From NCBI GenBank assembly GCA_032718475.1, contig JAUCBJ010004402.1, positions 14,674 through 78,673 on the forward strand: DNA of 64,000 nt, given 5' to 3'. The notes beneath the pieces were generated by a model. That model made no database searches and was not told where the DNA came from. It saw only the letters and a program-made list of their open reading frames with translations. The first letter of the stretch is position 1, and the number at the start of each line of letters is the position of its first letter. Below, piece by piece: positions 11,002-23,820 of this stretch. The DNA is from Nemertoderma westbladi. Lineage: Eukaryota > Animalia > Xenacoelomorpha. Made by a program: the position numbers and the translations under genes.

Positions 11002-11419
11002 GGCCCCCCTCACACGGAGCAACTTGTTTCTGAAACTTGTTGCTGGACCCTGTCACACACAGAAACTTGTTGCTGCAACTTGTTTCCGAAACTTGTTTCT
11101 GTGTGTGAGGACTCCAGCAACAAGTTTCTGCAACTTGTTTCCGCAACTTATTTCTGTGTGTGAGGAGTCCAGCAACAAGTTGCTGGAAGTTATATTCCCA
11201 GCAACTTTTTTAAAAACGTTTATTACATTCCATTTTGATACTAGCTAATATTAGATAATTTGAGTGATGTGATATTATATACAAATGACTGGACATGTTA
11301 GCTATTTATTTGGAAATAATTGTTATTTTCTTCAGCAACAAGTTTCTGTGTGTGAGGGGGTCTAGCAACAAGTTTCAGAAACAAGTTGCAGAAACAAGTT
11401 GCTCCGTGTGAGGGGGGCC
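11002..11419. mobile_element. MITE (418 bp, non-autonomous DNA transposon) with Harbinger-like GGCCCCCCTCACAC termini
   Basis: About 30 bp of perfect terminal inverted repeat (GGCCCCCCTCACACGGAGCAACTTGTTTCTG), continuing imperfectly. Flanks are TTA on the left and TAA on the right (a TA direct repeat). Internal sub-repeats (GCAACTTGTT / AGCAACAAGTT / TGTGTGAGG) and no coding capacity. Confidence 0.85.
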
Positions 11420-14400
11420 TAATATTGAGTTATTAGAATACTACAGCATGTTTGTTGTTTTAACATTTCCATGACAACATTTTTACCATTTTTACTGTAA
11501 AAATAAAAAAGAGAAAATGAAGTATAGAGTATAGAATTAACGCAACTGTCTCATTTGTGTGATTTTTTAGCCAAACAAATTGACCCCTAAAAAAGATTGC
11601 GATTGAGTGTAAACTTTCCCACAACTAATATTGTTTATAGTTATTCCTTATTGTACAGTTGGTTGTTTAGTATAAGTTGTTCTTATAAATAGATTCACAA
11701 GCATCATATCATAGCGCATCGGGCATTACTGAAATAGAAGTGCACTATGGCTGGCACTTAAACTTTTCGACTGACACATTGGCCATTTTTGAAAATACCA
11801 CAATTTTATAAACCTTGCCAGTGAAATCAGCACTTTCTAAAACACCAGTAGCCAAACTATAAGGCCAAATTACCACTTTTGGCTATTTGAAAATTTCGAG
11901 CTACTTGTAATTTTGGTGCTCTTTTGGTGTCTATTATAAAATAAACAATGAAGGTTTTATTCTAATTTCGCTTTCGATTACTAAGAATTAATTCGACTAA
12001 CCAAGAAAGCATATGGTTTAATGGTTATACCGAAGTCTTGATGTATTTTGAGCAATTTTATCAATTGCGTAAAGTGCTGATATGGTATGGGTGCCAGGAA
12101 CTCCTCATATCTCGAAAACTACTGGAGCTATTAAATTTTTATTTATCTCATCTGAAAGAGGATATAATCACAGTAATATATAATCTTCAGTAGTAAGATA
12201 TAATCATCATAGAGTTAGGGACAAGTACTTTCGACGCGCTAGACATACTGTTACAGGGGTTCTATCTAAGAGAAATAATTCTAAATTACAGACTTTTTGC
12301 GGGCTTTACGGGCTTTACAGCAGCTTGGCGGGTCGTAGTAGGTCTGATGGTGCATCGCGATGGCTCAAAATTTCAACCCTCTTGGGATCCGTGAAGATAT
12401 AGATGAAATTTATAGAAATTTTTTTGCCTAATTTTTTTTACCATTTGGCAACTTTTGTGCACCGGTAGAAATCGAAAAAACTAAAAAACGCACCGCCAGG
12501 GTTTTTTCTAAATATGTTAGTGAAATTTCTAAATGAAAATAGCGATTTCTAAATTTTTTAAACTTTTTTAGAAATATTTCTAAAACTAAATATTGAAAAC
12601 AACAAATTTCAAAATATAAACTTTACAACAGCGTTTGAAATAAAATACCTTTCAATACAAATTTATCATTAACCAAATTTAATTATAATTAATGTTTTCT
12701 CATTGGGGTCATTCACCAAAGTCGAAAACTTGAATCTCTAAATCTGATTCATCTCTATCAGTTTCATTTGTACTAACTCATAATATCAAATACACTCGTT
12801 TGTAGTACCGGTAGCGGTATTGTTTCTAAGTAAGTAGATTGAAATAGACTGAGTTCAATTATTACAGTAATAATAGTGTTTCACTGACATTCCATTAATT
12901 TATTAGACTTCTCAATTTGAAAGACAATCTGTAAGGCACTTATTGTACTGTCAACACCCAATGATGTGGAATATTAATTCCTTCACAATAAATTAATGGT
13001 TTCAGTTTGCCAAAGCTGTACTAAATATGGTAGAAGGCTATAATTAGTTTTTTAATTTATCGATTTATAGTACAGTTATACTAGTTATAGTTAGGAAACT
13101 ACAGTTTATCTGGTCTAGTATCTTTCCATCAATCAGTGTTGTACCACTGATAATATACACTGTACCAGAAATATATACCACTGATAAAACGAAAATTGAT
13201 TTTCCACAAATCAGACCCGGCAAGTATCCAGATTTAAGCTAGTCGGCTAGCGAGCAGAGAAGCAAACAGCCTAACAGTCCACGGTCGGGAGCCGAGCCAA
13301 CCAACTCCCGTCACACCCCATGTATGAAAGGAAGAGTGAACCCACATAAATAATAAATAAAAGTTGGAAATCTTTAAACGTATAATAATAATCATCAAAT
13401 ATAGCGGAATTAAATCCAGACTGAAAGTCTAGAACGACGCAACACCATACCAACAGAAAAGCCGAGAAATTTAAACAACCAATAAAATAAAATTTTATTA
13501 TAAAAAGACAGGAATATCATATTCGCAATTTAAACACAAGATATCGGACAATAATGATACCTACAATTAATTTCGTAGAATCTGGAAATAACGATATGAG
13601 AATTAGTTTTGGTACTGATTCTAATGTATAATAATTTGCTAAGTATTAAAATAAATAATTAAATAAATAGGTTTCCTTTGTATATTGTTTGGGAAGTAGG
13701 AAGGGAAATTTATGAGCTAAATTCTTTAGTCAAAAAAATTCGAGACATTTTAAATAATCCCCCACCAAGACGAGCTATCCCTTATAACTACACCAATTAT
13801 TAATAAATATAACTACCGTTTGTCTAAACAAACAATCAGTACGGGACGTTAAAATATGGGAAGATGATGTTTAATTAATCATTGTAGCAACGCACAATTA
13901 TTTCGACAGATAGGCTCACTAAATAAATAGTGAAAAATGGGGCAATATGGCTTGCGATATTAGCATCAGCTGTCCGGTAATTAATAGTAACCTACTGCAG
14001 TACTAACTAGTGTTACTAGAACTAGAAATCTAAACACTAGTAGCCTTGTACCAAATCGGGCCCCTTACTAGTGTGCGTGGGAACTCGGTTAACTTGTGAG
14101 ATATGTTGAACAGCAATTAATCTGATTGTTTTAAGTGTTACATTCCTTAATAATGGACCCATTCCACTCATAGACACTATCATTCCACTCGCTATTACAC
14201 TGAACACAAGTCACTGCGGAGATGTGCCGCTATTTACCTTTTTTTATTTTCTATTTAACGTAAAACTTTATACTTTATATTATCGAATCTTCCGAGTCTG
14301 ACAAACCCGTAATGGTTTCAGATTTATTTTCCATCGATGTGATAAATATAATTCCCATGTAGTATACGCAGTAACCGAAATCACTTTCGAATTTGCTTTG

Positions 14401-14936
14401 CAAAAATATGATTTAAAACAAAAGTTACAATAGAAATCGGAAAAGGACAATAGCGAAAATAAATCCGCCATTTTGAGTGAAATAATATTGTAAAGCCAAA
14501 AATCTTCAAGAATGAATTTACCAAAATAAACCATCGGGAATAATCGTAACCGGATGTCCCGGACATCCCTAATCGTAACCAGAAAATAATTGTTTTGGAA
14601 TATTTCCATTGCAACAGAAAAACAAAATGGATAATTTACTAAACAAAGCTAACCAGAATCACTAACAGTAAACTTTAGTATCCGTAATTATTGAGAAAAT
14701 CAAATATAAATCAACAAGTATCTTCTCCACATATAAATTAAATATTTAATATAAAGATATTTCTTACCGATACATTAATTTCAACTAACTTTTAAGTTTC
14801 AGTCAACCGCAATATTTTAGTGCAAAACGGTTAAAATGAAAGCTGATACGCCAACGATGACGTCATTGGTAACACGTCCACGTCACAAGACTAACACAGA
14901 CAGTACGTAGCAGCCGCGCGCGCCCCCTTCCGGGCA

Positions 14937-15098
<162 letters not shown>

Positions 15099-15321
15099 CT
15101 AAAAGGAAATAATAATTTATATTAAATATATAAAAGGTTATCTGAAAGGGTAAATAATTAAGTGAAATTGTATCAGTAAAATGGGAGTTGGAAATATGAC
15201 TTATGCAACCCACCCACATCCCAATCCGAGAATAAATTACCCTATGGATGTGGTTGATGACGTCTACCACTAAATGGGCATTTGCGGCCCAAATGACGAC
15301 CTCAAAATATCAGTGGAAGTT

Positions 15322-16494
15322 ATGCGATATATAGTGCGATATATAGTGCGACATGTACTGCGATATGTAGTGCGATATGTAGCGCGATATGTATTGCTAT
15401 ATATGGTGCGATATGTAGTGCGATATGTAGTGCGATATATAGTGCGATATGTAGTGCGATATGTAGTACTATATATAGTGCGATATATAGTGCGATATGT
15501 AGTGCTATATATAGTGCGACATGTAGTGCGATATGTAGTGCGATATGTAGTGCGATATATAGTGCGATATATAGTGCGATATGTAGTGCGATATGTAGTG
15601 CGAAATATAGTGCGATATATAGTGCGATATTTAGTGCGATATGTATTGCGATATATAGTGCGATATATAGTGCGATATGTATTGCGATATGTAGTGCGAT
15701 ATGTAGTGCGATATATAGTGCGATATGTACTGCGATATGTAGTGCGATAAATAGTGCGATATGTAGTGCGATATATAGTGCGATATGTAGTGCGATATGT
15801 AGTACTATATATAGTGCGATATATAGTGCGATATGTAGTGCTATATATAGTGCGACATGTAGTGCGATATGTAGTGCGATATGTAGTGCGATATATAGTG
15901 CGATATATAGTGCGATATGTAGTGCGATATGTAGTGCGAAATATAGTGCGATATATAGTGCGATATTTAGTGCGATATGTATTGCGATATATAGTGCGAT
16001 ATATAGTGCGATATTTAGTGCGATATGTATTGCGATATATACTGCGATATATAGTGCGATATGTAGTGCGATATGTAGTGCGATATATAGTGCGATATGT
16101 AGTGCGATATGTAGTGCAATATGTAGTACAATATATAGTGCGATATATAGTGCGATATGTAGTGCGATATGTAGCGCGATATGTAGTGCGATATGTAGTG
16201 CGATATATAGTGCGATATGTAGTGCGATATGTATTGCAATATAAACTGCGATATATAGTGCGATATGTAGTGCGAAATATAGTGCGATATATAGTGCGAT
16301 ATATAGTGCGATATGTAGTGCGATATATAGTGCGATATGTAGTGCGATATGTAGTGCGATATATAGTGCGATATGTAGTGCGATATGTAGTGCGATATGT
16401 AGTGCGATATGTAGTGCAATATGTATTGCTATATGTAGTGCGATATGTAGTGCGATATGTAGTGCGATATGTAGTGCGATATGTAGTGCGATAT
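15322..16494. repeat. 12-bp satellite (TAGTGCGATATR)n, left block, about 98 copies
   Basis: Continuous 12-bp register, with an internal 336-bp duplication (ATGTAGTACT variant at 15461 and 15797). Confidence 0.97.
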
Positions 16495-17952
16495 AAAACA
16501 AGGTGCACCCCTAAACGGGGTAAAAGGTTTATTCTTTTATACAGGTGGAGCAATAAGTTTAAAATTAATTAAAAATTTTACAATTAGTTGGAATGAAATA
16601 CGATTCAGTACGAATATCAAAGTCTCATGGCTGTGGTGAACCAATATTTTTCTTTTTAGTGATCTGGGTGGCTGGCCAGTTCTGTCAGAGAGGGGCAGCA
16701 ATCGCAGTTGAGAGCGTGGTATCTGTCCACGGCTGAGTTCCTACAATATTTACAAATACATTGCGATGACAGCTCGTGGAAAGGGGTGCAGGTCAAGCAG
16801 ATGAGGTAGTGAAACCCATGGGCGGTTGCCCTGGTGACAGTGTGCCGGTTTCTCTGCTGTGAGGATTTCCAACTCGAAGTTGTGAAGGCTGGGCCTCTTG
16901 TGTAACCCTGGCGGTTGAAGTTTTCTGAGCGTTCGGTTCGGTAAGAGCGATATTGGTCTAATGCTGTAGGGTTGAATAGCGTGGGGTTTACGATAAGGAG
17001 ATCTTCAATGAATGTTTTTTCACCTATAGCTTTAATGGCCATGGTTGTCGATGAGTTGGATGGTAGGGAGAGCACCCTTTTAATAAACTTTGATTTGATT
17101 TTATCCAGTTCTTTCATGTGTGCAACTGTAAAGAAGCAACCGATCCCTACAAGACCATATGATACCATTGGCTGTATTTTCATTGCGAAGATCTTCATTG
17201 CGGTACATATTGACAGTCTGTTTAAATTTCGAAGACAACCAATCGCTGCATAAGATTTCCGTTTTCTTTTGTTAACATGTTTGGTAAAAGTGAGGGTCGG
17301 TTGCAAGGTTATGCCAAGATATTCGTATTCATTGCAGATGAGAACTTCTTTTCCCCCGTAGTAGAATTTATCGTTAATACACAGCCGGCCACCTTTACGG
17401 AACTTCATTATTTTTGTTTTAGAGAGGTTCACTTCCATTGAATTATTTATACACCATTTTTCTAGGGCATCAAGACCGCGTTGGATAACTTGTGGATTCG
17501 AAGAATAAAAGGCTAGATCGTCCGCAAAGAATATGAATCGTATCGCTCTCGATATTGCACGGAGTGCAGTTGCGAGGCTGGTAATAAAAATTATGAAGCA
17601 AGTTGGGGAGAATGAGTCTCCTTGCAGAATTCCTCGCAACTGTGTGATCGGTTTTGATAGGCTGAAACCGTCGGATATTTTTATTGTATTTGTTAATAAT
17701 GCCTTAATGAAGCCGAATAATTTCCCCTTTATTTCGAAATCGTTATATATCTTGCCAAGGAGCAAGGCTCGGTTCACTAGGTCGAATGCATTTTTAAAAT
17801 CAACAAAGGCTACATACATTACACGGTCTTCTTTTGAGTGAAGGGCTTTGTTAATATCTGAGACGAGTTTCCTTATTGCTTGCATATTTAATCTCCCTGG
17901 TATAAATCCATATTGCTCATCTGGGAACAGGTGGGATATGTTCCGTTGAACC
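16495..17952 (-). mobile_element. 5'-truncated non-LTR retrotransposon (LINE), 1458 bp, inside the 12-bp satellite
   Basis: RT coding frame plus about 160 bp of 3' UTR with AATAAA (16533-16528) and a hairpin ACCCC-N5-GGGGT (16507-16521). Sharp junctions with the satellite at both ends, with CGATAT on each side (16489-16494 and 17953-17958). Confidence 0.92.
16656..17952 (-). CDS. LINE ORF2 fragment: reverse transcriptase, thumb and C-terminal Cys/His finger; N-terminus (endonuclease) lost by truncation
   Basis: The frame extends upstream of the track Met as VQRNISHLFPDEQYGFIPGR. Motifs: FVDFKNAFD, GILQGDSFSP, FFADD, KTKIMKFRKGGRL, YEYLG and CICKYC...RYHALNC. No stops or frameshifts. Confidence 0.9.
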
Positions 17953-20900
17953 CGATATGTATTGCAATATATACTGCGATATATAGTGCGATATGTAGTG
18001 CGATATGTAGCGCGATATGTAGTGCGATATATAGTGCGATATATAGTGCGATATGTAGTGCGATATGTAGTGCGATATGTAGTGCGATATATAGTGCGAT
18101 ATTTAGTGCGATATGTAGTGCCATATGTAGTGCGATTTATAGTGCGATATATAGTGCGATATGTAGTGCGATATGTAGTGCGATATGTAGTGCGATATAT
18201 AGTGCGATATTTAGTGCGATATGTAGTGCCATATGTAGTGCGATTTATAGTGCGATATGTAGTGCGATATGTAGTGCGATATATAGTGCGATATGTAGCG
18301 CGATATGTATTGCTATATATGGTGCGATATATAGTGCGATATATAGTGCGATATGTAGCGCGATATGTATTGCTATATATGGTGCGATATATAGTGCGAT
18401 ATTTAGTGCGATATGTAGTGCCATATGTAGTGCGATTTATAGTGCGATATGTAGTGCGATATGTAGTGCGATATGTAGTGCGATATGTAGTGCGATATGT
18501 AGTGCGATATGTATTGCAATATATACTGCGATATATAGTGCGATATGTAGTGCGATATGTAGCGCGATATGTAGTGCGATATATAGTGCGATATATAGTG
18601 CGATATGTAGTGCGATATGTAGTGCGATATGTAGTGCGATATATAGTGCGATATTTAGTGCGATATGTAGTGCCATATGTAGTGCGATTTATAGTGCGAT
18701 ATGCAGTGCGATATGTAGTGCGATATGTAGTGCGATATATAGTGCGATATGTAGCGCGATATGTATTGCTATATATGGTGCGATATATAGTGCGATATAT
18801 AGTGCGATATATAGTGCGATATGTAGTGCGATATATAGTGCGATATATAGTGCGATATGTAGTGCGATATATAGTGCGATATATAGTGCGACATGTAGTG
18901 CGATATGTAGTGCTATATATAGTGCGATATGTAGTGCGATATATAGTGCGATATGTAGTGCGATATGTAGTGCGATATGTAGTGCGATATGTAGTGCGAT
19001 ATGTAGTGCGATATGTAGCGCGATATGTAGTGCGATATGTAGTGCGATATGTAGTGCGATATGTAGTGCGATATGTAATGCTATATATAGTGCGATATGT
19101 AGCGCGATATGTATTGCTATATATGGTGCGATATATAGTGCGATATTTAGTGCGATATGTAGTGCCATATGTAGTGCGATTTATAGTGCGATATGTAGTG
19201 CGATATGTAGTGCGATATGTAGTGCGATATGTAGTGCGATATGTAGTGCGATATGTATTGCAATATATACTGCGATATATAGTGCGATATGTAGTGCGAT
19301 ATGTAGCGCGATATGTAGTGCGATATATAGTGCGATATATAGTGCGATATGTAGTGCGATATGTAGTGCGATATGTAGTGCGATATATAGTGCGATATTT
19401 AGTGCGATATGTAGTGCCATATGTAGTGCGATTTATAGTGCGATATGTAGTGCGATATGTAGTGCGATATGTAGTGCGATATATAGTGCGATATGTAGCG
19501 CGATATGTATTGCTATATATGGTGCGATATATAGTGCGATATATAGTGCGATATATAGTGCGATATGTAGTGCGATATATAGTGCGATATATAGTGCGAT
19601 ATGTAGTGCGATATATAGTGCGATATATAGTGCGACATGTAGTGCGATATGTAGTGTTATATTTAGTGCGATATGTAGTGCGATATATAGTGCGATATGT
19701 AGTGCGATATGTAGTGCGATATGTAGTGCGATATGTAGTGCGATATGTAGTGCGATATGTAGCGCGATATGTAGTGCTATATGTAGTGCGATATGTAGTG
19801 CGATATGTAGTGCGATATGTAATGCTATATATAGTGCGATATGTAGTACGATATGTAGTGCGATAAATAGTGCGATATGTAGTGCGATATGTAATGCTAT
19901 ATATAGTGCGATATGTAGTACGATATGTAGTGCGATAAATAGTGCGATATGTAGTGCGATATGTAGTGTGATATGTAGTGCGATATGTAATGCTATATAT
20001 AGTGCGATATGTAGTACGATATGTAGTGCGATAAATAGTGCGATATGTAGTGCGATATGTAATGCTATATATAGTGCGATATGTAGTGCGATATATAGTG
20101 CGATATATAGTACGATATGTAGTGCGATATATAGTGCGATATGTAGTGCGATATGTATTGCGATATGTAGTACGATATGTAGCGCGATAAATAGTGCGAT
20201 ATGTAGTGCGATATGTAGTGCGATATGTAGTGCGATATGTAATGCTATATATAGTGCGATATGTAGTACGATATGTAGTGCGATAAATAGTGCGATATGT
20301 AGTGCGATATGTAATGCTATATATAGTGCGATATGTAGTACGATATGAAGTGCGATAAATAGTGCGATATGTAGTGCGATATGTAGTGTGATATGTAGTG
20401 CGATATGTAATGCTATATATAGTGCGATATGTAGTACGATATGTAGTGCGATAAATAGTGCGATATGTAGTGCGATATGTAATGCTATATATAGTGCGAT
20501 ATGTAGTACGATATGTAGTGCGATAAATAGTGCGATATGTAGTGCGATATGTAGTGCGATATGTAGTGCGATATGTAATGCTATATATAGTGCGATATGT
20601 AGTACGATATGTAGTGCGATAAATAGGCGATATGTAGTGCGATATGTAGTGCGATATGTAGTGCGATATGTAATGCTATATATAGTGCGATATGTAGTGC
20701 GATATGTAGTGCGATAAATAGTGCGATATGTAGTGCGATATGTAGTGCGATATTTAGTGCGATATGTAATGCTATATATAGTGCGATATGTAGTGCGATA
20801 TGTAGTGCGATAAATAGTGCGATATGTAGTGCGATATGTAGTGCGATATGTAGTGCGATATGTAATGCTATATATAGTGCGATATGTAGTGCGATATATA

Positions 20901-21272
20901 GTGCGATATGTAGTGCGATATGTATTGCGTTATGTAGTACGATATGTAGTGCGATAAATAGTGCGATATGTAGTGCGATATGTAGTGCGATATGTAATGC
21001 TATATATAGTGCGATATGTAGTACGATATGTAGTGCGATAAATAGTGCGATATGTAGTGCGATATGTAGTGCGATATGTAATGCTATATATAGCGCGATA
21101 TGTAGTGCGATATATAGTGCGATATGTAGTGCGATATATAGTGCGATATGTAGTGCGATATGTAGTGCCATATGTAGTGCGATTTATAGTGCGATATATA
21201 GTGCGATATGTAGTGCGATATGTAGTGCGATATGTAGTGCGATATGTAGTGCGATATATAGTGCGATATATA
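17953..21272. repeat. 12-bp satellite (TAGTGCGATATR)n, right block, about 277 copies
   Basis: Same unit and orientation as the left block. A 744-bp higher-order duplication is visible (18437 versus 19181), and one 1-bp deletion breaks the register near 20626. Confidence 0.97.
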
Positions 21273-22931
21273 TAGACACAAGCAAACCCCCCCTAAGTAA
21301 TACATCCCTCACCTCTTCCTTAATACCTAGTTTCTGAAGAAACGTTTTGTAGTGCAATAAACACAATAAACACAACAGCTTAAATGAACATTGATATGAA
21401 CATTTCTATGAGTAATATATATAATGTTGCAATTAATACCATGTTTAACATAATAGACACCTATAATATATAATATTATGTTAAGTTCATTAAGTTCATG
21501 CTAATTCTTCATCAACAACGCCTTTAAATGGCATGAACATTGTCAGACACTCATCATCAGATTCAGAGTCACCATTGCCCTGACCTGCGATGCTGACATC
21601 ACACTCACTCCCACCACTGTCTCCAACACTAACAACATCCTCTCAAATCATGCTACCGGCGTCACACTCACTCTCCTCACTGTCTTCTGCTCCCCCATCA
21701 ATATTAATACAAGAAGAATAACGAGTACCGTTCGTCGCACCACATTTCGCATGGGGTGCCACACGAAGTTGTCTTTAGTAGAATCTGATTAGACCCGTAA
21801 AGACGATTTCCCAATGCTTGTCACAGGGCAGGGGACGACGCTGCCTTCAGTAAATCTTTAATCGTCTGCACATCAGCGGACGAATAGGTAAAAATCCTAA
21901 CCACTATTCTCTGTGTTGCTGCATTCATAAATTCTGCCTTTAAATTACTTATTTTACTAATTTTAAGCTCAAAACACCATTTTATATTGATAAAGTTGGT
22001 TACGATATAATATCGACTATTTTGGGTAAATTATGCTTTACTAAGGGTTTTGACGCCATCTAGTGCCATTATCTGCATACCCAGCTTGTATAATTGCCTT
22101 ATTGGCTATGCTCCTTACTGATAAGCTGATATATAAGTACGATTAGTTCTGTGGTTTATTCACTCTTTTTGTTATTGTTGGACAGAAGAAGTCGTATTGT
22201 CCATGCAGAGGCACTGATCCCCGGTCAGGTTTAATTGACTGGTGGTTATTACAGGCCTAAGGTCTAAACTTAAAGAGTTAATAATTTAATTATAATTATT
22301 TATCGTTATATTGGATATTCTACTGGTAAATTCAATTTGTCATTATTTGCTTAATATATCGTCAATATTACAGAATCAAGGAAGTTTTACATGCGCCACA
22401 ACAGGTGGGTTGCTGTAACTAAGTATCAGTGATAATCTGGACAATTGTATCAGATTTGTGTATTGTCATATCTCTGACTTACTAAATAATTAATATTATG
22501 GCGATATTTCAGACCATTAATATAAGCAAAGCTCTTATTATTAATTACATCACGATTGAGAGTTGTCACAAATTGAATACTAATACTGTAGTAATATCAA
22601 TATAATTAGACCAAAGACTTGTCACTATACGTTTCCTCTAAAGGGAAACACAATCACCAGACTTGAGTTCTTACAGAATTAATTAGTCAGTCATTTACTT
22701 GTTATACTGTGTTGCCACACCCTCCCAGTATCATATCTCAGTTAAATACAATAGATAATCAAATACCGTATTAGACTAAGCTAAATATAGAGCACACAGA
22801 TATACATTACATATATCTTATCAAATGCGCTAACACTGTGAAACCAAATCAACAAGATCATCGAAAGTTACTGTAGCTTCTTTTCCTCGGAGGATTACAC
22901 TTTGCATCATGGTTTTTATACTACTGCGTTA

Positions 22932-22984
22932 TCTATATATCTATATATATAAATATCATGTGTCTGTTTGTCTGTCTGTCTGTT
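22932..22984 (+). mobile_element. Possible 5' end of a non-autonomous Helitron
   Basis: A|TCTATATATCTATATATATAAA followed by a (TGTC)n microsatellite, which is typical of invertebrate Helitron 5' ends. A CTAG|T at about 23165-23169 is an unconfirmed candidate 3' end. Confidence 0.35.
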
Positions 22985-23593
22985 TGTAAGCGGATTCAAT
23001 TCCGTGCACTACCCACCGAAAATGGGATTAGTGCCATTTTACCAATATAGTTGGCGATGTGAGATTACCAATAATAATCTCACCTCATAACCAACTGGGG
23101 CGATACACGCCGTAAGCCACAGAGAGAGACGTGAGAGGTCAAACCACCTCAGAGGGACAAACAAGCTAGTAAGGCTAGCACCAAGTGACAACGCCAACAG
23201 GGAGTGGCGAGGTGAGAATTAATCTGGTTAAGCCAATAGTGGGCGGGAAAGCCCATTGGGGAGGACAAGAGCGCATCTATTGGATATTAAGGCCACCCTG
23301 TAGTGTAGGGCTAATGTAATATGTGTCAATGATATAACCGTTGTGATTACTGATTATTAGTTTAGTTGATTTCCTTACAGTTGTGAGACCGGAATAGATT
23401 TGACCATCGTCACTAACGTTGTGTAGCATACTATTATATTCAGACTGTGCTATTATCAATTACTGTCATTATTAACACTTAGTTATTAAGTAACTCAGTT
23501 TATTTCCAACGGCCTTCGGCCTATTAGAACAGATCCAGTCAACAGCTTAGCAGCCAACGGATGCGGTAAAGTGAGGAATATATATATAGTACA
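22985..23593. repeat. LTR-like dispersed repeat, copy 1 (TGTAAG...TACA)
   Basis: Starts TGTAAGCGGATT and ends TAGTACA. Segments 22985-23080 and 23290-23410 match a second copy at 23884-24136. No target-site duplication found. Confidence 0.5.
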
Positions 23594-23820
23594 GACAGGC
23601 GCACCTCCACCCACCAATAATTATTAAATAAATTCTAGTTATTTATAAATTATATTTATTTGTATTTGATGATTGAACAAACTAAATTGTATGAAACTGA
23701 AAACCTTGATTTTCCAATATTAAAGACATTTCAATGTTGCCATGGAAAATAGGGTGAAGGGTTTCAAAAGTATAATATTCGAGGGATAAAAATTGAACCT
23801 TCAAATATCTTGTGAAGGCC

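Noticed and set aside
11757-12732. Possible DNA transposon bounded by TTTTCGACT / AGTCGAAAA
   Set aside because: The inverted match is only about 9 bp with no convincing TSD.
12890-14936. ARF1 3' UTR end and poly(A) site
   Set aside because: Several AATAAA candidates exist on the minus strand in AT-rich DNA, and one cannot be chosen without transcript data.
17953-20626. RT reading frame continues upstream into the satellite (YRTT frame), suggesting a repeat-RT fusion protein
   Set aside because: This is expected by chance because that satellite frame is largely stop-free. No start codon or splice acceptor is evident, and the junction falls mid-RT, as in ordinary 5' truncation.
15270-21375. 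Long ORFs (up to 811 aa) of YRTT, IALH, CSAI and YVVR repeats
   Set aside because: They are translations of the 12-bp satellite. The unit is a multiple of 3 and lacks stops in most frames on both strands, with no sign of coding constraint.
21500-21930. Coding-looking acidic segment on the minus strand between the satellites
   Set aside because: The frames are interrupted by stops and no recognisable domain is present. It is probably a decayed transposon fragment.
23500-23530. GGCCGAAGGCC hairpin resembling hammerhead ribozyme stem II
   Set aside because: The catalytic core (CUGANGA and an adjacent GAAA) is not correctly present.
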